Assembly (NCBI GenBank): GCA_016870995.1
Contig: VFZU01000014.1
Span: 4,815-68,814, forward strand
DNA from: Acidobacteriota bacterium
Lineage (GTDB): Bacteria; Acidobacteriota; Terriglobia; Bryobacterales; Bryobacteraceae
Reading direction: 5' to 3'
DNA: 64,000 nucleotides
Part shown: piece after piece, positions 20,726 to 28,422 of the stretch
How the letters are laid out: every line of letters begins with the position of its first letter
Numbering within the stretch: position 1 is the stretch's first letter
Notes under the pieces: model-generated
Databases searched by the model: none
Told to the model about the DNA's origin: nothing
What the model saw: the letters and a program-made list of their open reading frames with translations, nothing else
Program-made: the position numbers and the translations under genes

Positions 20726-22288
20726 ATGCCAAGTGAAGTTTTTGATGTTGTTATCATTGGTTCCGGTGCTTGCGGCGGAACTTTGGCTGCGCACCTCGCT
20801 CGGGCAGGCGTCAATGTCTGCGTTGTAGAAGGTGGTCCGAAAATTGAGACGCGAACCGACTTCAACACACATGCGATGCCATACGAGTTTCCCAATCGCG
20901 GGATTCCCAAAATGCGGAATAACAAGCCGGGATTCGATACGGAACGCAGCCGAGGACTAGGCGGCAAATCGATGCTTTGGAACGCGGTGGCATGGAGATT
21001 CGGTCCGCGCGACTTTGAAGGCTACACACGCGACGGTGTTGGTTACGACTGGCCCATCAGCTACAAAGATCTTGCGCCCTATTACGATCGAATCGAACGG
21101 GAAGTTGGTGTTTGCGGGAATCTAGATGGCCTCGAAGATTTGCCTGATGGCTTCTTTCTACCGCCTGCGCCTATGAAGTGCTCCGACATTTTGATTCAGC
21201 GCGGCGCAGCCAAGCTCGGCAGGAAAGTGATCCACGTTCGCAAGGCGACACTAACCAGGCCGAAGTTTGGACGCCCGGCCTGCCACTATTGTGGAAACTG
21301 CATGGCAGGGTGTGACGTTGCCGCCAAATACAACTCATGGGATGGCCACATGCGCCCACTCATGAAGTCTGGCAAGATCACGCTGCAATTGGATAGCGTT
21401 GTCTTTGACATTCCCGTCAACGCCGAAAACAAGGTGACTGGCGTCAAGTTCGTCAATCGCACCACACTGGCTCAGGGTGAGGTGAAAGGCAAAGTGGTTG
21501 TTCTGGCAGCGGCCTGCGTGCAGAACGTGGCACTGCTATTGCAATCCAAATCGTCCCGCTATCCGAATGGGCTAGCCAACTCATCAGGCCGGGTTGGCAA
21601 AGACTTCATGCCGCATTTCACCGGCGGCGTGGAGGCCTTCCTGAAGCCGCTCATCGGAAAACAAATCACCAACGACGAAGGCTTTCTCGACCACGCCTAT
21701 CTGCCCAGCTTCATGCACACCCAGAAGCGGAACTATGCACGCAGTTGGGGAGCGCAATTCAACTATCAGAATCGACGCAGCGTCGGCTGGGCTAGAGCTC
21801 TGCCCGGAATGGGTGAGGCTTACAAGCAAGCCGTGAAAGACCGCTATCCAAGCTATTTCGTCTTCTCTCCCTATGGCGAGAAGACGCCTGACGAGAAGAG
21901 TTATGTCGATCTGGATCCCGGCAAGAAGGACAAGTTTGGATTGCCTGAAGTGCGGCGCTTCTTGTATTGGAATGAAAACGATATGAAGATTTTTCGAGAT
22001 ATGCAGCAGCAATCTCGGGCCATCCTCGAAGCCGCAGGGGCTGAGATTCATCGGGTCTATGAAGAGCCGCGACCGAATCATGAAATCGGCGGCACAATCA
22101 TGGGCAAGGATCCGCGGAAATCGGTGACCGACAGCTTTGGCCGAACCCATGACGTAAACAATCTCTACACGCTGGGCGGCAACATTTTGCCCTCCGCTTC
22201 GGAGAAGAACCCGACCCATACCTTTATGGCCGTGTCGGCCCGCACAGCCGAACATCTCATCGAACAACTGAAGAAAGGGAGCGTCTAG
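20726..22288 (+). CDS. GMC family flavoprotein oxidoreductase with a Cys-cluster motif
   Basis: IIGSGACGG, GGKSMLWNA, CHYCGNCMAGC, HEIGGTIMG, NPTHT. Confidence 0.92.
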   Translation: MPSEVFDVVIIGSGACGGTLAAHLARAGVNVCVVEGGPKIETRTDFNTHAMPYEFPNRGIPKMRNNKPGFDTERSRGLGGKSMLWNAVAWRFGPRDFEGYTRDGVGYDWPISYKDLAPYYDRIEREVGVCGNLDGLEDLPDGFFLPPAPMKCSDILIQRGAAKLGRKVIHVRKATLTRPKFGRPACHYCGNCMAGCDVAAKYNSWDGHMRPLMKSGKITLQLDSVVFDIPVNAENKVTGVKFVNRTTLAQGEVKGKVVVLAAACVQNVALLLQSKSSRYPNGLANSSGRVGKDFMPHFTGGVEAFLKPLIGKQITNDEGFLDHAYLPSFMHTQKRNYARSWGAQFNYQNRRSVGWARALPGMGEAYKQAVKDRYPSYFVFSPYGEKTPDEKSYVDLDPGKKDKFGLPEVRRFLYWNENDMKIFRDMQQQSRAILEAAGAEIHRVYEEPRPNHEIGGTIMGKDPRKSVTDSFGRTHDVNNLYTLGGNILPSASEKNPTHTFMAVSARTAEHLIEQLKKGSV

Positions 22289-22834
22289 ATGTCTGACAAC
22301 CACTACGACGACGGTCGACGCGAGACGATCAAGATCATCGGGGCGATCGGAATCCAGTGTGCTTTTCCATTTGCGGGTGACGAACTCTATGGGCAGCACC
22401 AGCATCCTGTTGCCTCTCGCGGCGCTGACCCCGGGCCACCCAAGTTCTTCAACCCTGACCAATTCGCGATTCTGAGCAAGATCAGCGATTTGATTGTTCC
22501 CGGTGCCGTGAAGGCGCAAGTGCCAAACTACATCGATCTTGTCGTGCGCAGCAATGACGGGCATCGCAAGACCTATACAGACGGGTTGGCCTGGCTAGCC
22601 GAAAAGAATTTTCTGAAGCTGACCGAAGCTGAGCAACTGGCCATCCTTGAGCCCATTTGCGTCGCAGTGGATCGTGGAGAAACCACAACGCTCGAACAGA
22701 AGTTCTTTCGCGCAGCAAAGAACATGACGGCAGACGGCTACTATACTTCCCGTGCCGGGCTTGTCGAAGACCTTGGATACCTGGGCAACCAGGTGCTTGC
22801 TGAATTTCCGGAGTGCAAACTAGATGAACACTAA
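22289..22834 (+). CDS. Gluconate 2-dehydrogenase subunit 3 family protein
   Basis: GRRETIK twin-arginine-like motif; FFNPDQF...IVPGA...VPNYID; GYYTS...LGYLGN; abuts the GMC gene. Confidence 0.85.
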   Translation: MSDNHYDDGRRETIKIIGAIGIQCAFPFAGDELYGQHQHPVASRGADPGPPKFFNPDQFAILSKISDLIVPGAVKAQVPNYIDLVVRSNDGHRKTYTDGLAWLAEKNFLKLTEAEQLAILEPICVAVDRGETTTLEQKFFRAAKNMTADGYYTSRAGLVEDLGYLGNQVLAEFPECKLDEH

Positions 22835-23951
22835 ATGGCTAACGCTTACCTTCGTTGTTGCTGCGTTGTTGCCAGGCGGTCGCCGCCCCGCAGACTTGAA
22901 TTTCAAGAAGACTATGCTCGATGGGGGTGCCGCTGAGACTGCCGCAATTGTAGACATCAATGGAGACGGCAAACCGGACATCGTAAGCGGCGAATATTGG
23001 TACGCTAACCCGACCTGGAAGAAAACTCAATTCCGCGAACTCAACTTCGAAAACAACTACATTGATGCCTTCTCAGACTTGCCTTTGGATGTAGATGGTG
23101 ATGGCAATATTGACATCATCACGGCTACGTATTTCCAAAAGAAACTCAGTTGGTACCGCAACCCGGGAAAGGGTGTCGGCAAATGGGTGGAATCGGTGAT
23201 CGACACCGCCGGGCCTGTGGAATTTGCATTTCTTGTTGATCTGGACAACGACGGCAAAGCCCATGAGATTTTGCCGCAGTACGGCGGAAAGACCGAGACC
23301 TGCTGGTATCGCTTCTCTAAAGGCAAGTGGGAAAAAGTCATCGCAAACTCCATGAATTTGGGCCATGGAATTGGCGCTGGGGACATCAACAAAGATGGGC
23401 GTACGGACATTCTGAGTCCTGCGGGCTGGCTGGAAGCACCGGCGAATCCGACGGACACAAACTGGAGACTCCACCGGGATTTCCCCACGCTGAAGGGATC
23501 GAGCTTCATGTATGTGTTCGACGTGAATGGTGATGGCCGCAATGACGTCGTCAGTGGCAATGCGCACGACTATGGTTTTTACTGGCTGGAGCAAAACGCA
23601 GGTGGCACTTTTGAGATGCGTATGATCGACGATTCCTGGTCGCAACCACACGCGATCACGATGGTCGACCTAAACAAAGATGGGCGTGCCGATTTTCTAA
23701 CGGGCAAGCGCTACATGGCTCACAATGGCAAAGACCCTGGCGAGCGCGAGCCGCTCGGCGTCTATTGGTTTGAATCCCACAAGGATTCCAACGGGAAATT
23801 GCAGTGGACCAAGCATGTCATCGACTACTCCACGCGCACCGGCGGAGGCATGCAGCTTCCGGTTGCAGACATCAATGGCGATGGACTGCTCGACATCGTG
23901 GCCCCGGGTAAGTCTGGGTTGTACCTGTTTACCGGTTCGCCTACTTTGTAA
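22824..23951 (+). CDS. Secreted FG-GAP/VCBS repeat protein
   Basis: Signal peptide; repeated DxNGDGxxD motifs (DINGDGKPD, DVDGDGNID, DLDNDG, DINKDGRTD, DVNGDGRND, DLNKDGRAD, DINGDGLLD). Confidence 0.9.
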   Translation: MNTKWLTLTFVVAALLPGGRRPADLNFKKTMLDGGAAETAAIVDINGDGKPDIVSGEYWYANPTWKKTQFRELNFENNYIDAFSDLPLDVDGDGNIDIITATYFQKKLSWYRNPGKGVGKWVESVIDTAGPVEFAFLVDLDNDGKAHEILPQYGGKTETCWYRFSKGKWEKVIANSMNLGHGIGAGDINKDGRTDILSPAGWLEAPANPTDTNWRLHRDFPTLKGSSFMYVFDVNGDGRNDVVSGNAHDYGFYWLEQNAGGTFEMRMIDDSWSQPHAITMVDLNKDGRADFLTGKRYMAHNGKDPGEREPLGVYWFESHKDSNGKLQWTKHVIDYSTRTGGGMQLPVADINGDGLLDIVAPGKSGLYLFTGSPTL

Positions 23952-24744
23952 TGCCGTGGCGCACTAGCCACTTTGCCAACAGATCTGCCCAGGAACTCAG
24001 AACCCAATCGCCGGGCGCGAGGCCAACGCCGTGTCGGCCATGCTCGAAGATGTGCATTTCTGCTTCAACGCCATTCTTACGCAATGCGGAGTAGTAGGCC
24101 AGGGCGTTCTCAACGGGCACACTGGCGTCATCTGTCGTATGGAATAAGAACGTGGGTGGCGTCTGGGAAGTCACCTGCTTTTCATTACTCAAGAACTCGG
24201 CCAGCTTCGGGTCTGGATTATCGCCGCCGAGGAGATTTCGGCAACTGCCCTTGTGCTTCCATTCTTCGGTGCAAGTGATCACGGGATAGCTGAGAATCGC
24301 AAAGTCAGGACGAGTTTCGGCGGTAAAGTGCGTGGAGATGGTGGAAGCCAGATGGCCACCGGCGCTAAAGCCCCAGACTCCGACGCGCTTCGCATCGACG
24401 CCCCATTCCCCTGTCCTGCGCCGTACGATTCGAAATGCTTCGCTGACATCATCGAGCATGGCAGGATGCTTGTGGCGAGGCCCCAAACGATACTTCAAGA
24501 CGAAAGCGTGGACCCCCATGGAGTTCAGCCATCGTGCAATTTGCACTCCCTCGTGGTCCATCGCCAACGCGCCATATCCACCCCCCGGACAAACGACCAC
24601 GGCGGAACCACTCGCTTTGGACTTTTCAGCCAGGTAGGGGGTTAACTCGGGACGATCCCGCTCGTCTTCGAAAACGCCCTTTGATGGATACAAAGGAACT
24701 GGCGTCTGAGCAAGGGTGAGAAAAAATACAATGCTGGTTAACAC
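23941..24744 (-). CDS. Secreted alpha/beta hydrolase (acetylxylan esterase/BD-FAE-like)
   Basis: CPGGGY, GFSAGGHL, LSYPVI, DASV, HGRHGVGL. Confidence 0.88.
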   Translation of the reverse strand: MLTSIVFFLTLAQTPVPLYPSKGVFEDERDRPELTPYLAEKSKASGSAVVVCPGGGYGALAMDHEGVQIARWLNSMGVHAFVLKYRLGPRHKHPAMLDDVSEAFRIVRRRTGEWGVDAKRVGVWGFSAGGHLASTISTHFTAETRPDFAILSYPVITCTEEWKHKGSCRNLLGGDNPDPKLAEFLSNEKQVTSQTPPTFLFHTTDDASVPVENALAYYSALRKNGVEAEMHIFEHGRHGVGLAPGDWVLSSWADLLAKWLVRHGITK

Positions 24745-24756
24745 TTTTCCAAGCTA

Positions 24757-25248
24757 GTGCATCGAGTAGTCTTAAGGCAACTGGTGAATCACGCCGAATT
24801 TGAAGTTCACTACAACCGCTACAGCCGCTACGTTCACGCCATCCTCATGACCCGGATGCCGCCAGCGAACGTTGAAGATGCACTACAAGAAGTTTTTATG
24901 GAAGCCTGGCGCAAGCTGCACGAACTGCGCGAAGATGCGAACTTTGGCCCGTGGGTAGCGGCAATTGCCCGCCATAAAACGGCAGACTTTTTCCGGCGCA
25001 AGCGTCCACTTGAACCTTTGCTGGACGTGCATGCAGCGCGATCGATCGAGCCTGACCCGATTCTCGACGCGCTGCAAAAGCTGCCAGAGGCATATCGGGA
25101 AACACTGGCCCTGCGCTTCATCGAAGGCATGACCGGCCCCGAGATTGCTGAAATGACGGGCCTTACTCATAGAAGTGTTCGTGTGAACCTGAACCGAGGA
25201 TTGGCGCTTTTGCGAGAGATGTTAGGAGTACAGATCGATGTCCGATAA
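24757..25248 (+). CDS. ECF sigma-70 factor
   Basis: EDALQEVFMEAW (region 2), WVAAIARH, LQKLPEAYRETLALRFIEGMTGPEIAEM (region 4). Confidence 0.9.
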   Translation: MHRVVLRQLVNHAEFEVHYNRYSRYVHAILMTRMPPANVEDALQEVFMEAWRKLHELREDANFGPWVAAIARHKTADFFRRKRPLEPLLDVHAARSIEPDPILDALQKLPEAYRETLALRFIEGMTGPEIAEMTGLTHRSVRVNLNRGLALLREMLGVQIDVR

Positions 25249-26062
25249 CTACCTGTGGGATCGCACCAGAACACCGGATCCGGAGTTGGTGAGATTGGAG
25301 CAACAGCTTGGAAAGTATAAATTCCAGCCCGCACCGCGAAAACGAAGCTTCCCTGTCTGGATCCCTCTGGCCCTGGCCGCCTCGATTGCGGCACTGACAA
25401 TTTGGCAGCTTCGGCCGCAACCCCTCTCGAACTGGACAATTGCCGATCAACCCATCGCGCTGAACAAGACCATCCACATTGATAGGGAGACTCTGGTGCA
25501 TGTGGCCTCCATCGGGCGATTGCGATTTGCGCCCGGAGCAAAGTTCAAGGTGACTCGATCAGAACCAGGCCATCAACACATGGACCTGCTTGAAGGCAAA
25601 TTCGACGCCCTTATCATTGCGGCTCCGCATGTGTTTCAAGTCAACACGCTCCCGGCAAAGCTGGATGATCTTGGTTGCGCGTTTGAAGTGAGCGTCAATC
25701 AAGCCGGCTCGGGCAGGGTCGCCGTCACATCGGGATGGCTTCATGTGAATGCCAAAGGTGAGGAATCGTTGGTCCGGCAAGGCTACGAGGTTACGCTCGC
25801 AAAGGGCAAACCTTCTTCGATACCCAGACGTGTGGAACAACACGACGATAATGACCCGCTCACTTTCCTGCAACAACTGTGGAGAGCCCCGACACCGCTT
25901 GATCGCGCCAAGGCTTTCGACCAACTGGCAAGCCAATTTCCACCTCCGCCTGGTGTCACAAGGCAGCGGGCGCTGAACGGAGATCGAAGCATTGTGAAGG
26001 ATTACTGGCCAGTGCTCGATCTGGGCCCGAATATTTCGCTGCCCAGTGTATTCTTGGACTGA
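25238..26062 (+). CDS. FecR-domain anti-sigma factor
   Basis: Overlaps the sigma gene; YLWD N-terminus, one TM helix, FecR-like region with DLGCAFEV and VAVTSGWL. Confidence 0.75.
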   Translation: MSDNYLWDRTRTPDPELVRLEQQLGKYKFQPAPRKRSFPVWIPLALAASIAALTIWQLRPQPLSNWTIADQPIALNKTIHIDRETLVHVASIGRLRFAPGAKFKVTRSEPGHQHMDLLEGKFDALIIAAPHVFQVNTLPAKLDDLGCAFEVSVNQAGSGRVAVTSGWLHVNAKGEESLVRQGYEVTLAKGKPSSIPRRVEQHDDNDPLTFLQQLWRAPTPLDRAKAFDQLASQFPPPPGVTRQRALNGDRSIVKDYWPVLDLGPNISLPSVFLD

Positions 26063-27270
26063 TGAATCGCCGCCAACTCCTGGGCCTGCTCGCCGCCACT
26101 TCGTTGAACAGCCAGCGTCCAAGCATCCGCCGCATCACGCAAGCACCAGGATTTCACTGGTTTGGATACTACGACAAGCTGCAGTTTGATCCAACAGGAC
26201 GCTTTGTTCTCGGCCAAAGAGTCGATTTCGAACATCGGTCCCCCAAGGCTGATGACGAAATCCGAATCGGTGTGATCGACACGCAATCGGCTGACAAGTG
26301 GACCGAAGTCGGCCGAACCCGCGCATGGAACTGGCAGCAAGGGTCGATGCTGCAGTGGTTACCGCAATCGAAGTCGAAGTTCCTTTGGAATGATCGGGCC
26401 GGCAACCAGTTTGTCTGCCGCATCCATGATTTGAAGAGTGGTAAGACCGAGACCATCCCGGCCCCGATCTACACATTGAGCCCGGATGGCAAATCAGCGG
26501 TCGCCCCTGACTTCAGACGACTCAACGACTGCAGGCCCGGTTATGGCTACGCCGGCATCGACGATCCCAATCGAGACAATCCAGTTCCTGGCGATGCGGG
26601 AATCTGGCACATCGATATGCGCAACGGCAAACGAAAGCTGCTCATTCCGTTTTCGCAGGCGGTGGCCGTTGCCAATCGAGAACCCTATTCCAAGGGAGCC
26701 AAACACTGGTTCAACCACCTGCTCTATTCACCCGACTCTAAGCGCTTCATTTTTCTGCATCGCTGGCGCGGTGAGAAAGAAGGTAAGGGCTTCTCGACAA
26801 GGATGTTCACAGCCGACGCGCAGGGCAAGAACCTTTACAACCTCGATCCCTACGGGAAGACATCTCACTTCATTTGGAGGGACACGCAGCATGTCCTTGC
26901 TTGGGCCTGGCACCCTTCCGTCGGCAAAGACAAGTTTTACCTCTACAAGGACCAGACTGAGCACGTCGAGGTCGTCGGTCCTGACGTAATGACCGTCAAC
27001 GGCCATTGCGCGTATCTGCCAGGCAACCGCTGGATCCTGAACGATACCTATCCGGACAAGGATCGCCTGCAGCACCTCTATATCTACGAAGTTTCCTCCG
27101 GCAAGCAAGTACCCATTGCAGACCTGCTCTCACCGCCTGAATACGTTGGTGAATGGCGCACAGACCTTCACCCGCGCTTCTCTCCCGACGGCAAGCAGAT
27201 TTGTATTGATTCGACTCACGAGAAATTGGGTCGGCAAATGTATCTGATCGACATTAGCTCCATGGTTTGA
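26062..27270 (+). CDS. Tat-exported oligogalacturonate-lyase-like/TolB-like beta-propeller
   Basis: MNRRQLLGLL; HWFGYYD, WNWQQG, FNHLLYSPD, GHCAY, DLHPRFSPDG. Confidence 0.65.
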   Translation: MNRRQLLGLLAATSLNSQRPSIRRITQAPGFHWFGYYDKLQFDPTGRFVLGQRVDFEHRSPKADDEIRIGVIDTQSADKWTEVGRTRAWNWQQGSMLQWLPQSKSKFLWNDRAGNQFVCRIHDLKSGKTETIPAPIYTLSPDGKSAVAPDFRRLNDCRPGYGYAGIDDPNRDNPVPGDAGIWHIDMRNGKRKLLIPFSQAVAVANREPYSKGAKHWFNHLLYSPDSKRFIFLHRWRGEKEGKGFSTRMFTADAQGKNLYNLDPYGKTSHFIWRDTQHVLAWAWHPSVGKDKFYLYKDQTEHVEVVGPDVMTVNGHCAYLPGNRWILNDTYPDKDRLQHLYIYEVSSGKQVPIADLLSPPEYVGEWRTDLHPRFSPDGKQICIDSTHEKLGRQMYLIDISSMV

Positions 27271-28393
27271 CGCGAAGGTCTTTGTACTCGATCCAACTGC
27301 CCTTTTGATGGGCCTGGATTAATAGCGTTCCTGACGTCAGACGGTCGAGCTTCTCACAATCCACCACCGTTTCGCCGTTGATGCGCACCACACAACGTTT
27401 GCCCTTGACGAACAGCTGAAATAAGAACCACTCTTCTGGTTTCACCTTCGGATATGGCTTCGCACGTTCCAACCCATAAAGAGACCCGGTTGGGTACACC
27501 GCTCCTGCTACATCGTGAATCTGTATCTCATAGCGAGGCTCTGTCGCCTCCTTGCCACCACGAAAGAGGATGCCACCGTTGGAATGCCGACTCGCTCGTA
27601 CATAACATTCAAAGGCAAAATCCTGATAGGTCTTCTTTGAGACTAGATACCCTAAGCCATCCGCTCGTAAGACCTCGCCCAAAGTCTCCCAGCTGGCGGC
27701 TTCGGTCGGGAACCACTGATTCATATCGCCAGGTGCCTGGTATAACCTCTCCCATTTTTCTTTCGACGCGAGCCGTGTGATAAGGAAATTACGATACCGC
27801 AGCGGATAGCTCAAGCTCTCAATCCCAATGAACCCTCGCCGCAGCCGGTGCTTGAGCTCTTCATGCTGATCCAGATTGAGCCGTTGAACTTGCTCTCCGT
27901 TCCACCACACTTCAAGCGTGGGCCAATCCATGCGGATCCGGAATTGGTTCCATTCTGCTTTGCCCTTTACGGTTACTTTCGATGGGGCAACCACGGGAAA
28001 AATCGCTCCAACACTTTCCTTTAGTGGTGGCGCATCTGCTTTGTGAAAGATGTTCAGCTTGAATCCGCATTCCGTTGCAGGGCCATGCTTCGGGGCTCCA
28101 AAGTAGAGCCCGCCGTTTGCCCACGCCTTCAGAAACACCTCTCCCGACCAATCGAAATTTTCGTATTCTTCTTCGCTACGCAGCCAGCAAGGAAAATTCG
28201 TTCCAGGATGAACGACTACATCTCCGTTTTCAACGAAGAATGCGGTTTCAGGTCCCTGTTCAATCGTCCAGCCCCGTAGTGTTTTGCCATCAAAAAGTTG
28301 TTTTTCTTGCGCCTGAAGCGATGTCGTCATCCCGCTTGCAATTACAATGAATTGACGGCGAGTCTTCTCCCCAGAACTGACAGTCGATCTCAT
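27254..28393 (-). CDS. Tandem DUF1080 (3-keto-disaccharide hydrolase-like) protein
   Basis: TRRQFIV signal; LFDGKTLRGW, EYENF, two copies of the NGG/EWN/G.I pattern, IQAH...IEYKD. Confidence 0.85.
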   Translation of the reverse strand: MRSTVSSGEKTRRQFIVIASGMTTSLQAQEKQLFDGKTLRGWTIEQGPETAFFVENGDVVVHPGTNFPCWLRSEEEYENFDWSGEVFLKAWANGGLYFGAPKHGPATECGFKLNIFHKADAPPLKESVGAIFPVVAPSKVTVKGKAEWNQFRIRMDWPTLEVWWNGEQVQRLNLDQHEELKHRLRRGFIGIESLSYPLRYRNFLITRLASKEKWERLYQAPGDMNQWFPTEAASWETLGEVLRADGLGYLVSKKTYQDFAFECYVRASRHSNGGILFRGGKEATEPRYEIQIHDVAGAVYPTGSLYGLERAKPYPKVKPEEWFLFQLFVKGKRCVVRINGETVVDCEKLDRLTSGTLLIQAHQKGSWIEYKDLRVKPWS

Positions 28394-28401
28394 GATTAGC
28401 G

Positions 28402-28407
28402 ATTCTA
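28402..28407 (-). promoter_or_regulatory. -10 element (TAGAAT), likely leaderless promoter
   Basis: 8 nt before ATG 28393 on the minus strand. Confidence 0.55.
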
Positions 28408-28422
28408 CACAAACCGGACCCC

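Noticed and set aside
22824-23951. DxNGDG repeats, and SxDGG repeats at 59117-62278, as DNA repeat elements
   Set aside because: Protein-level FG-GAP and BNR repeats with divergent codons; explained by the CDS calls.
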